From contig MU054391.1 of assembly GCA_013239625.1 (NCBI GenBank), positions 4,049,824 to 4,113,823 on the forward strand: DNA of 64,000 nt, written 5' to 3'. The notes beneath the pieces were generated by a model. It was not told the DNA's origin. It worked only from the letters and a program-made list of their open reading frames with translations, and did no database searches. Both the position numbers and the translations under genes were made by a program. How positions within the stretch are numbered: the stretch's first letter is position 1; each line of letters begins with the position of its first letter. Shown piece by piece: positions 12,075-23,615 of this stretch. Origin of the DNA: Lama guanicoe (Eukaryota).

Positions 12075-12560
12075 ATGCGTCAGGTTGAGTCACTCTTTCC
12101 TTGTTCTCCGTTGTCTTCAGGATGAGTTTCGCCCTCCTGAGCAGAACATACAGTCGTGGCTTCCCTCTCCATCTCCCCCTGCCTCTTCAGCCTCTTGTTC
12201 CTCCGCTGCACTCACGCCACAGCACACTTCTGAACCTTCCCTAATCGTGGGGTCTCTCCCTGACTCTGTGCTGAGCAAGTGCCAGCTCCCTTGTGTGAGT
12301 GACCAGTTCCCCGACCTCTCCCTGTTGAGAATATACTCAACCTTCAAGATTTTTATTCAAGAGGCATCTCCTTTTTTTTTTTTGCCTGTACAACCTAACT
12401 GGTTCTCCTCAGTTATCTTGTATCATTTGATGAGAGCATTTACAGACTTAAATTTTAAGCATCCGCATTTTTCCTCTCCCACCAGACTCTGCTCTCTACA
12501 ATGAAGTGACTCTAACTAATTCACTGGAATAAACGACTGAAAAAACCCACAGTTGAATGT
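12075..12560 (+). mobile_element. L2 LINE fragment, continuation after the L1
   Basis: gtcttcaggatgagtttcgccctcctgagc...tactcaaccttcaagat...tcctctcccaccagactctgctctc. Confidence 0.65.
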
Positions 12561-12869
12561 AAGAAGGTTGAGTGTTTGTCTCCAAAACCCTTTCAGCGAC
12601 TTTTAAATTGAGCTCTGTAATGGACCCTTAGAGATTATTCAAAGACAGGATTTTACTTCCTATAGTTTCTCTTATTTAAAGGATGCTATAATCACTGGTA
12701 TCTATTTTTAATAATTTTGTACTCATGGTATTGCAGGATGACAACAGCAGTGTCCTGAAGGAATCCGTCAGCTCATTTAACGATAATTCGTATCACATAA
12801 AAGTTACAACCACCGTGGTCATTGCCTCACCCGCCGCGTTATGCCCACTGCGGCATCACAGGATGCAGG

Positions 12870-13050
12870 TTTTAATCACACTATTTGGCACAGTGAGCAA
12901 GGTGCTGTTCACATCTCACTTAATAATGTCATGAGGTCACCGTTCCGACTTCAGTGTTAAAGCTGAGACGTGGAGACCAGAAGACTGAAGTGATCCCAGC
13001 GGGCCGCAGAGCTCGCGAGCGGCAGAGTCAGGAAGGGATCCGCCACCCCA
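12870..13050 (-). mobile_element. MIR SINE
   Basis: ggcacagtgagcaaggtgct...gaagtgatcccagcgggccgcagagct...ggcagagtcagga. Confidence 0.65.
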
Positions 13051-15893
13051 TCCTCAGGGGCTGTCGTCATGTTGCTGCATTTTATGGAACTTTTCTGCCT
13101 GGTCTTTTTTTTTTTGCCTTGATTCAACTTTCTATTCTTCTATTCACAGATTTTGACTTCATTCTAGAGATTTCCAACTTTTTACAGCCCACAGACAGTG
13201 GCTTTTTCCCTCTTTAATCTGTTCCTTTTTTCCATTTTTATTTTCCACTCATCAAAGTCCTTTGATCATTTTTCTAGCTATTTTTCCTCATTTCCCTCAA
13301 CTTTGTATTTTCAGGTCCAATTAGATAATGAATTATGAAACCTACATATTAGAAGTAGCAGCTTTTCCATTTGCTCATTATTAAATTCGACCTCAGCCTA
13401 CAAAGAATAAGTAAGACGCGTACACCACTTAATCAAGTAACGTAGGCAAAATACTCTGAAAACACCATGTTGCAAAACACTATGCTACATAAAATCATTC
13501 TGCACTCATTTTGGTTTCTTGCAGTTTCGCCTTATTCGTGTCATGAAAGGACAGTGCCCAGTGGAGTGTGGCGTTTACCTTGACAAGAGAGCGAGGCTTT
13601 ACACACACAGGGTAACTGGCACCCGGGGCTGCAGGGGAGGACTTTGCCTGTATTTAAAGGAGAATTTCAAATGGCTGCTAGTAAAGTATACAGGAGGTTT
13701 TATCCCTTAGAAATTTGAACTTCCCTTCTATTTTGGGAGATCATGAGATCCTCGCCTGCTCTGCTCCTGAGGTGTGTGTAAAATGAGTTCTCTTATCAGT
13801 TCTGCCTGCCCAGGAGAGATAATTTAGTGACAGAACAGAGAGCGTCCTTGTGTGATTTCTATCCGGTTTCCTTTGCAAATGCAGCATGTGATTTCATGAG
13901 CTTTTTTTTTTTTTTTATTAGAAGTCGCTGAATTTGAATTAGCTACAATCCCTCTTTTTAATAGACTGTATCAAAAATGTTTAAATTCCATAGCATCGGT
14001 GGAACCGTCCATTGTGTCCGAGGACAAGGGCTGGGAGCATTCGTGGGGTGTTATCAGCAGCTCTAAATAGGTATTGAGTTTGAAGATAGAGAGCTTGATG
14101 AAAGAAAGTCAGACCCTAGCGGGTTACTTAGCTTTCAGGTCTGAGGAACCTGTCATTGCCTGCTTCTGTAAACCTACCTAATGTGATTTATCTGATCCAT
14201 TTCAATGCAAGAGAATGAAATGGCTCCTGTTAGCAGAAACAGCAATTATAAGCTCCCAGAACCAGCCGTTAGAAGCTCGCAAGGCTGGTGCTGTTTGAAC
14301 ATCTAGGCTAAGCACTTTTTAAATTAGCACTTTAATCTTGTTAGTGGTCTGTATATGAGAACCCCTCTCAGCAATCAGATGTTCACAAATCGGGCCGTTT
14401 CCCAGGGACCAGTGCCATCTAGAAGACGGACGCTCTCGCTCAGAGGGATTGACTTTGCAGCAGGGTCGTAGGGGATATCCAGACACTCCACAGAGACCTC
14501 CTCAGGGGCATGGAGTTCGAGAGTCTTGTGATGACCCGTCACATTGCCCACACGTGCCTACTGTCCCCTTCTCCTGTTGCCTCCTTCCACGCCTCTCTCC
14601 CGAGTCTAGGACCTCCTCCAGGGTGGGGAGCTAAGGCACTTGAGAGCAGAACCCAAACCTTTGGGTGGATGGAAGCCAGGTAACATCACTGCAGATGACC
14701 GAAGCCTCGACAGCCTCTCTGAGGGTGGGGTTCCACTTAATGATCACTTTGTCTTTGAGTTGAGTGATTCATTTCGTTAGCACCTGCCACCTGCTTGATT
14801 AAGGATCCGAGGGAAAAAGGGTGGAGGCAGAGCCATGTCAGATGCACTGAGAGGCACTGAGATGGGGATCTGGTGCTGATTTCCAGCCTCAGGTGGGTTA
14901 ACAAGAGCTGATCACTTCTCAGCCCACCATGCGTTGGCCTGGCTATAGATTAGCCATTGACAGGAGCGGGAGTGCAATGACTGAGAGTGGGAAGAATTCC
15001 AGGGAATAAACTTGGGTCTCTTTCAGATAAAGTTCTGTGTTAGCTGATTTGAGACTTCCATGTTGGGGCAAAAATGCAGGGAGTCCATAAGATCTCCATC
15101 CAGAAGTAGCACAAACAAAGACGTTGACTCATCACTAGAGTGAGGAAAAGAAAGTTCTCCATTCCCCAGGGCCTCATCCATCTTCCTAAATTCCAGACAA
15201 AGGGATCCCAGACAGCAAGTGTTTTATACCTACTGGAGGTTCTACAGTTTGTTTGAATGACAGCAGGGCTGATCCCCATGTGCCTGGAGGTCAGTGCTCT
15301 CTTGCCAGGTTGTTCCTCTGGGGGCCTGGGAGCTGTCCCGTGGGTGCTCCCATCCCATTATTTTCCTTGTGGCTAGATGACCTCATGGGCCATGAACCGG
15401 CCCCGCATAAGTCTGAGAAATGCCTGCTTCAGTGCGTACAGCCTCGCCCCTCGCCTGTGGCCCAGGGCATCACCTGGTTCCTAAATTTGGGAGCAGGATC
15501 ACTTGGAGAACCTCCCAAAAATAGACTTCATGACCCACTCCATCTTTGTTCTGCTGAATTTGAATGAAAAATTGAATATGGGAATATGTATTTTTTTAAG
15601 AAAAAACACTTTACAAGTGAATTCTGTTATCAGCCAGGCTGGGAAAATGTAACCAGATTACCTTTCTTAAAATCCCCTTGTCCAAGCCTAGCTTTAGGTG
15701 CAGATGAGATAAAAGACAGCTGAAGGGAGAGCCTGGAAAGAGACCCCTGGTCTGATCAACTGTCGGAAGGAAGACCTGAATATTCTGTCTTCCAGGTAAG
15801 CAGATGGTAAGTCGGTGTGCTATTTTGAAGGATTCAAACACTGACCTGGTTTCTAGTCTGGATTTAGGGAGAGGGGCATACAGTCTACACCTT

Positions 15894-15941
15894 AAACAAA
15901 ACAAAACAAAACAAAACAAAACAAAACAAAACAAAAAAAAA
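15894..15941. repeat. (AAAAC)n microsatellite
   Basis: Perfect AAAAC run ending in an A tract. Confidence 0.97.
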
Positions 15942-16197
15942 CCCTAGGACACTCCTCATCTGAGACCCTCATATCCCATACTCATTTTTAATCTGTCTTT
16001 GATTATGATCCTGGTAATATGTCAAACTGTGCTTGTTAGAAATGGGCAACTGTCCAAGCATAAGAGGAGTAAGGGGCTCCTCCCACTACCCCAATTCTTC
16101 TCACTCTCCTGGTTAACCAATTAACGTACGAAAACTTTCTCCCTCTGTAGACACCATTGCAAGCATATACGGAGAGACAGAGAGAGGGGGGGTGTGG

Positions 16198-16350
16198 ATG
16201 TGCAGCTTTGGCAAGTTACTCAACATCTCTGTGTCTTAGTTTCCTCATCTAGAGGTTAGTAGAAGCACTTTCCTTGCAGGGCTACTAGGCTAATTAACTG
16301 GGTTGATAACGTGAATCTCCTACACCATTAAGCACTATTTAACTGTGGTT
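16198..16350 (+). mobile_element. MIR SINE
   Basis: ttggcaagttactcaacatctctgtgtcttagtttcctcatct, a close MIR core match. Confidence 0.88.
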
Positions 16351-16379
16351 AACAAACAAACGTACACATAGGCTTTCAA

Positions 16380-16900
16380 CATACTATGGATCCAGGTTCA
16401 CAACCTGTAGTTTTTCACTTAATATTTGCCTTAGAGCTCTGTATATGCTAGTACACACGAATTACAATCTTATGACAACTGCATTTTATCATGTGGATGG
16501 ACTGGAATGTATTTAATGTATATGCTAGTACATATGAATATATTATAATTTTATGACAATTGCGCTTCATCATGTGGATGGACTAGAATGTATTTAATAG
16601 CATCCTTAGGTGGGCTATTGTGTTGGGTTAGTATTTTCTTTAAAATACGTAAGTAGTGAGAAAAATGCATATACTTTTACTCGCACAACTTGGAAAAAAC
16701 TTGTGGAATAAAAAGTTGAGGTGTTAGGTGGATGTGCAGGTTCCCAGACCTGAGATATAATGTACAATGTCTACCCAAGGCTTCCCCATTTTTATCGTCG
16801 GCAGCAGTGTGTACTGTTCCCCCTCATGGTAATAAATGCTGGAAGTTACAAACTTTTAAAAAAAAAACCACTTTCCCAATGTGGGATGATGGGAGGAGAA
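16380..16900 (-). mobile_element. Very old L1 (L1ME-like) 3' fragment containing a tandem duplication
   Basis: tttttcacttaata...gtggatggactagaatgtatttaatagcatcc...cagcagtgtgtactgttccc. Confidence 0.6.
16440..16597. repeat. Diverged tandem duplication (77 + 81 bp)
   Basis: tgtatatgctagtaca...tcatgtggatggact(g/a)gaatgtatttaa at 16440-16516 and 16517-16597. Confidence 0.92.
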
Positions 16901-17709
16901 GGATAACTTACTTTTGCTTTAACTTCAGACAGAAAATTCTGGAAGCAGGTATCAGCCTTCCCTCCGGATGGTGGGAAAGGCAACCACCTGACCTGACGGG
17001 TTGCTGCGAGGTGAAACATGGAACGAATGAGAGTCCCAGTGACGGTACTGGATACACATCATGCCTTCATTTTATTTCATTTCATGCAACTTGATCCTTA
17101 TTCCTGGCATTTAGTTGAGTATATAGTAACCTCCCAATAGCCTGCTAAAATGAATGGGCTACAAAATTTTACCCAAATGCATTAAAAAAAAAAACCCAAA
17201 AAACAAACCCTCCCCTGTTCAGTAATGTCCTTAGGACCAGTACTTTTGTTTTGGAGACTACAAAGCCCAGTGCTTTGGGCGTTGATGTCACCAACATTAA
17301 CGTCCTCTTCCTGAGGTCACTGTAATATTGAGCCAGTTTCTTCTTGAGTCAGAGCAGACATGTACAGGAAGAGAGGTAGATATAGACAAATATATAAAAC
17401 ACGATTGACTTGCACTTCGTGTAAAAAGTCCGTAGGGTCTAGTTAAGGACATTTTACTGCACTGCACCTTGTGTTTAACTGATGCTCAGGGTAACTGACA
17501 ATTGGGGCATGCAAACAACACAGCCCGCTCGGCTGACTTGCACCCCCAGGTCTTCATGTGAGAACTGACCACCTTCGGAACATTCACTTTTGTCTCTCTG
17601 AAACTTTACTTTCCTAATTTCCTACGTATGTTTCCATATGTATTTCCTTATATATTTGAGATATAATACATATCTCAAAGGAGTTGTAAAGATTGACAAC
17701 TAAAGCAAG

Positions 17710-18216
17710 TACCTTCCATTTACAGCTATTACAAAATACTGGCTCTCTTCTCTGTCTTGCACAACACATCCTTGAGCCTGTCTACACCCAGGAGTTTATA
17801 ACTCCCGCTCCTCCACCCAGTGTTGCCCTTCCGCCATAATCATTAGTTTGTTTTCTATATCTCTGAGTCTGCTTCCCTTTTGTTATAGTCACTATCTTGC
17901 TGTAATTTTTAGATTCCACATATAAGTGATAGCAAACAGCATTTGTCTTTCTCTGACTGACTTATTTCACTTAGCATATTGCCCTCCAAGTCCAACCATG
18001 TTGCTGCAAATGGCAGATCTTTTCCCTTTTTTATAGATGAATAGCATTCCATTGCATACTTCTTTATCCATTCATCTGTTGATGGACACTTAAGTTGCTT
18101 CCATATCTTGCCAACTGTAAATAATGCTGCTGTGAACATTGGGGTGCGTGTATATTTTATAACAACTGTAAATGGAAAGTAACTTTTAAACATTGTATAT
18201 AAGAAAAATAATAATA
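17710..18216. mobile_element. 5'-truncated L1 with an inverted 5' segment: minus 17710-~18152, plus tail ~18153-18216
   Basis: Minus strand encodes the ORF2 C-terminus PMFTAALFTVGKIWKQLKCPSTDEWIKK...WLDLEGNMLSEISQSEKDK; plus-strand L1 terminal sequence and A-rich tail follow. Confidence 0.85.
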
Positions 18217-18329
18217 GTACTACAGTTGGAATCAAAAGTTGGAAACAACTCAAGTGTTCATCAGTTAAGAAACAGAATAAAAACAGGTGTGTTAAAAGAA
18301 AAGTACCTCGTTGAGTCTCGTGATAAATG

Positions 18330-18470
18330 TGTGAGAAACATTACTGTTTGTATCTTAGTGACGAGCCAGCTCACAGGCTCAGGTGACTTGCTCTAGGTCA
18401 CACTTCAGATTAATGACAACATTGGACGAGGTCACAGGTCACCTGACTTCTAGCGAAGCACTCATGCCAT
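18330..18470 (-). mobile_element. MIR SINE fragment
   Basis: ggtgacttgctctaggtcacac...cctgacttctag. Confidence 0.65.
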
Positions 18471-18782
18471 CAAGCTACCCAGCCTTGGGCTGCTGTTCTG
18501 CATGTGACAATGCACTTAGACCAGCAAGCACATTTCTTGTCTCTGTCCTTCTGAATCAAGCTGTTCAGAATGTACCTGTAAATCATTCTTGCTATTTCAG
18601 GACAAAATGATATTTTGGCATAATCATGTTTATATGAAAAATTTGAATGACTGTCATTAAACAAATTGATAATCTAAGTTCTAATAATTGTATGATAATT
18701 AAATGAAAATCTCAGAAGGACTTCATCAGATGAGGAATACTCAGGATTCTAGTTTAAGCACACAACCTCTGACCTCGAGGCA

Positions 18783-18785
<3 letters not shown>

Positions 18786-18818
<33 letters not shown>
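18786..18818. repeat. (GT)n microsatellite
   Basis: Perfect GT run. Confidence 0.98.
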
Positions 18819-18820
<2 letters not shown>

Positions 18821-18976
18821 TACACGTACAGAGCGTTACCACCTGCTGGAAGGAAGACCAGAATAGGAGACTTTTTCCGTCCTGTAAAACTTTTCCTTTA
18901 AATCCCAGGTCAGAATTTTAAGTGGAAATGCTCTTCAATGTTTCCCTGGGGAACTGTCTCTTGATGTTAGCCAAAT

Positions 18977-18995
18977 TGGACACTAGATGTCACTG
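18977..18995 (+). promoter_or_regulatory. Candidate CTCF site
   Basis: TGGACACTAGATGTCACTG versus the CTCF core TGGCCACYAGRKGGCRCTR (2 deviations), in non-repeat DNA. Confidence 0.5.
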
Positions 18996-19299
18996 CGTTG
19001 CAACAAAATTTGGATTCCGAATGCATTTTTCTGTGGTTGTAAATAACATGTTCCTTGGGGAGGAAAAAAAAAGGTGAGATGTCTTTAAAAAGGATCTGTC
19101 TTTCTCAGTGGTCTTTTAAATGTCCATTTGGGCAGAGCATTGTAAGGTTTATTTACTTATTTCACATAATCACATGCATAAAATAGCTGGATGTTTCATG
19201 TATCAGTGACTTCAGGGGTCATGTTCTAACATCCAGTTTTTTGTGGCTTTGTGCCACAAAACTGAGAGCAATTCAGATCGAAAGCTAAAGGCATGACTC

Positions 19300-20120
19300 C
19301 TGGACTCTCCTTTCAGCCTCAAGCTCTCTTCTGACGTCCTGACTTCTCACCACTCTGAGGCTGGACATCCCCCAGGTACCACAGACCCATCATCTCTGAT
19401 CTCTTCTCATCACTTGCTCCCAATCTCCCTAATCCTTAGTCAAAGGTGGGGCCAGTAAACCAGTTTCATGATATAAATTATCTGGATGATTTTTGCCTTT
19501 TCTGTCCCTCAGGTATCAAACCCAGTGTCACCAAGACCTGACCTTAGTCTCTAAAACCCTACCTACATCCCTTCTAAGCTCTGCGTATTTTTTAAAATGT
19601 CCATTGTAATGTCAACCTCCTAACCAGTTTCTCAAATTCAAGTTGGTCTGTCTTCATTTAAAGAAACAAAACCAAGTGAAACAGTACCACCACCCTGATC
19701 TAAACTTAGATGCCTCTCCACTGGCAGTGGAGGAAGAGCCAGGGTCCTAATGCCGGTCCAGGTCCGTGGCCTCTGGCAGCCTCACCACTGTCTCTAGTCT
19801 TGACTGTCTTTGAGAACTTCTTCTATTTTATAAGCCCAGGTCTGCATCGGCATTGCAGCCCCCGCCTAGAAAGTCTTCAGTTCTGTCTCTCGCTGGCCAA
19901 CCTGCTGTTCAAAACCCAACTCCAGTGTCCCTCTGTCTGTGCATGCTTCATCACAGCCCATTCATTGTTACATCCTTCATTCTAATTATTCCTACGTATT
20001 TCTGTCTTCCCTTAACTTCGTGCACATGTCATGGGAAGGGCAGGCGTCTCTCCCTCTTGTTACCTTGATACAGCTTCCTCTCCAGCAGGGCAGGGAACGT
20101 ACAAGGGACGCTTCTATACA
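19300..20120 (+). mobile_element. L2 LINE fragments
   Basis: ctggacatcccccaggtacc...aacctcctaaccagttt...ttcaaaacccaactccagtgtccc...gggaagggcagg in L2 3' order. Confidence 0.7.
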
Positions 20121-20759
20121 ACACACGATGCTTTCATCTCATTTTGAAATTTGTTAAGAAGCTTTAACAGAATGTTAAAGTGGATGTTTTGGTTGCAGCA
20201 CTAGCAGACTGCCAGATGTCATATTCGAGGACAAGGTGCGAGAACTTGAGGCCAGATTTCGGAGAGAAGAGAAAGCCAAGGGCAGGGATGCGTCACCCGT
20301 CACCACCCCTCATCCGCCTGATGGTCTGAAGGGTTTGGAAGAAGCTGGAGTCGGGGCAGGGTCTTTCCCGTGTGAGGGCTGAGTATCATGAGGCATGAGG
20401 GGCTTTCCCTCCTATCTCAAGTCGAAGAAAGGTGCTTTAAGAAACTCACCCGGAAGCCTGGGCGTCTGAGGCTTGTGTTTTGGCAGATGTGGAGAGCCAG
20501 CAGCTGGCTGCCTCCTGGAAGACGCTAGGTGAGGAAAGGGGAGGCAGCAGCCACATGACTCCCTGAGGAGGAGCCTGACCGTTTGGATCAAGGATGCGGG
20601 ATTATTCCCCATGTAGGGGACCAGACACCGGAGGCAGCAGGGGTGCAGATGTGTGTTAGACTAACTGCTGTCAAAGAGGCCCCTTAAAGGGGCAAGAGAC
20701 CTTGATCAGGAGTAGCTGATGCTTGGCTTCGGGGGAAGGAAATTAAGTGGCCACTGGGA

Positions 20760-21400
20760 TGGGGTCTCTCAGCTCCTCACCCCCCTTTCTATACTCACCT
20801 CTGTGATGTCAGGACTGGGGGCCCGAACCACCTTTCTGCTTTGCCAGGGTTCCCTGATCCCTTCTGCCCAAGATGCTACCAGAGGGAGGCTGCAAGGCTG
20901 GAGGGGGGTGGGGGCACCATCTCTCCCCTTGCAAACCTTTCATGTCCGCAGCTGGCAAGCGGTGCTGCGTCCCCCCTGCCCTGTCTGTCAAGTGGCATTT
21001 ACTCCAGTTTCTGATTTTATCCACATTTCTAGAACCAGCCTCATCATCCCATCTCCCTATGCAGCCCCCCACCTTCCAAGGTCTGAGCCCCAACTTCTGG
21101 AACCTCCTTCAAGTGCCTGAACCGTGAGCACCAGTGGGCAGCCCCTCCTCACAGGGCTGGGCTCCAGCTCTGGAAGGGTCCTCCTCCAAGCTGGCACGTT
21201 CTCAGAGTCCCGACCTCTGTCCTTCATTTGCAGACCCAGGGCAGGGAACCGCCTCCTAGGCTGACGGCCACTGGAGGACTCCAATTTCCTTTCGTGCCTT
21301 TACGTTGCCAGAGGTCTGTCTGATTCATCACCTAGATTAAATTTTCTCTGTTAAAATAACTACTGTGTTTCTGTTTTCCTGTCTGGATTCTGATTGATAA
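20760..21400 (+). mobile_element. ERVL-type solo LTR (LTR33-like)
   Basis: ctgtgatgtcaggactggg...ccacctttctgctttgccag...agagggaggctgcaaggctggagg, ending taaattttctctgttaaaata...tttctgttttcctgtctggattctgattgata. Confidence 0.8.
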
Positions 21401-22109
21401 AAATAGAGCTAAATTTCCCACATCAAGAGACCTGGAGTTATGAATCCTCTGACGTAAGGAGAGATTGTGAAGACCCCACAAAAGTCAGCCTCAAACACCT
21501 GCTGCACCAGAGTGCGTGGACGCCAGCTTCAGGGTGCGTTCAAGTGAGAACTTTCATCACCTGCCCTCTCTCTTCCTAAACCCCCCAACCCTGAAGGAGC
21601 CAGGGGTTAGGGTGCAGCATGAGGGAGGGCAGGTGGCAGCCTGCACCCCGACTTCACTCACATCCAGGGTTGGTTACTACAGGGAATGGACACACCTGTG
21701 ACGTCACCACTGTATTGCTTTTGTGATATAAAGGAACCTGATTTTTTTTCCCTTACAAGTGATCCCGAAATGTACTGAAGCCTGCCTTAAATTTCATCTA
21801 GGCAGAAAAGGAAGACCTGGTCCACGGAGCAGGTTGAAGAGCACACGGGACCCACAAATGGCACACTCTTGTCATTACAGCCCTGGCGTGGAGATGGACA
21901 GGCAAATGCAAAATGCAGTGACACTGTCAGTAGGGGCTGCAGGCAAGCCGGTGGTCTTACAGGAGCTTTTAATGGCTCGGGGTGCTGGGGCTGACAGGAA
22001 AGCAGCTGTATCTTTTTCTTTCTCCACTAGCCTCCGGGTACTGCGCTGCTTGGCTACCGTGTCTTGAGTCACATGCTCTTAGGGATTAGAAAACCTGGAC
22101 TGGAGAATT

Positions 22110-22260
22110 TACCATGTAATTGCATTTCTCACTCACCTGCCTGTCTACACTTCTGGACCCCAAACTCCCTAGGACAGAGGCGGTGTATGCTCACCATGCA
22201 TTCCTAGCAGATGGCACAGGGTCTGACAAATGCCAGGTCATAAATGCATCCTTGTGAAGG
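22110..22260 (+). mobile_element. L2 3' end
   Basis: aactccctaggacagaggcggtgt...cctagcagatggcacagggtctgaca. Confidence 0.65.
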
Positions 22261-22429
22261 GGTAAGAGCCACAGCAGAGGTATGCGGGAAGAGAGGCAGA
22301 GAAGGACCACCTAATTCTCTGCGGGGGACCTGGGGGCAGGAATCAGGAAAGCGTGACAGCGACAGGATACTGCACCTGCCTGAGGGGATGCCCCGGGAAC
22401 AGGCGGATGGCGAGGGAGCTGGAAGGACA

Positions 22430-23230
22430 GTCCCAGAAACGGGAGGGAGGGGGAAGCCTGGACCCCGGGGGCGGGTGGAGGGCTCCCGGTGCCATGGCCG
22501 GGACTTCACGGTTCTGCCGGATGTGGGACAGAGGACGAAGAGCCTCGGGCGCCACGTGTGACTCGATCTCCCGGTTCATGCCCGCGGCTGCTGGGGCTGG
22601 ACAGCGCGGCGGCGCCGCCCGCATCCCCGGCCGCCCGCATCCCCCCGCCGCCCGCATCCCCGGCCAGGCCTGCGGCGCGCCGGCGGGGGCAGGGCCTTGC
22701 CCGGAGCGCGGCTGGCCCTCTGTCCCCGCCCGCCCTCCGGAACTGTTTTTTCTCCCCTGCTCTCTGAAAGCCTTATTGATTGCTCAGAGTGAACGCCTCG
22801 GCCCACGGTTTCCTCACCCCCGAGCAGCTTGCATTTCCTCTGACGTGGCCTCTGTCTTCTCCCCTCCCCCAGGAGCCCGGGGTTTGCACATTTCAAATCC
22901 TTGACAGCTGGGTGAACTCCTGCTTCCGCCACAAGAAGGACGCTTTGCTCTTCACAATGGGCGGCCAGGGGGGCCGGGGCGACTGGCTCTCCAGCTGTGA
23001 GAGAGGCTTTTTCAAGTGACTCCGAGAAGCTGCTGTCCAGCTGCGGCGCCTCGCCCCCTCACAAGCTCCGCATTGTGATCAGCGGCCTCTCACTGCCTCG
23101 TCTGTGGGGCCGATGCAGATGCAGCCCCTCCCCCAGCCTGCAGAGCATCCCCAGGCCTTCCGCCCCCGGGCAGGTGAGCCCCGGCCCGGCGTCACCGCGG
23201 GTGTGCGTGTCCCGGCCCACCCAGGTCCAC
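22430..23230. promoter_or_regulatory. CpG island, candidate promoter or enhancer
   Basis: About 800 bp of very high GC and CpG, GC box (ccccgccc), G-tract cluster at 22441-22482, E-boxes and SOX-type sites. Confidence 0.85.
22614..22661. repeat. 3 x GCCGCCCGCATCCCC (15-mer) micro-array
   Basis: Exact copies at 22614-22628, 22630-22644 and 22647-22661. Confidence 0.97.
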
Positions 23231-23615
23231 CTTGGCGCCCATGGCTTCTCTCTGAATCCGCTCCAAGGAACAGGGTCTTCGGCATTATGCTCAGAGACAG
23301 AGTTCTGTATACACTGTGAGGACGTTATGAGCGTGACAAACAAACCTGGACCAACCCGGAGGGACGGCCTGGTTCTGCCCACACCTGGATGCCTTCTGGA
23401 GTCACGCAGCGTTTACTCACACATCCCCCGTGTATTCCCTGCCCGGTGCTTTTGTTCAGCCTGGTCCCCGTTTTGGAAACCTTTCTTTGTCCTACAGCTG
23501 TTCCTGCCTGCTGAGTCTTCTCCATCTTTAACGTCCTGGTTTACACGGCCCCACCTTCCAAACATCTTCTCTTTGGGTAGCCACAGGGCCTCCCTGTGGT
23601 ATTTCGCTTCTCTTT

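Noticed and set aside
17909..18253. 114-aa ORF with clear protein similarity
   Set aside because: L1 ORF2 C-terminal remnant crossing the inversion junction; not a host gene
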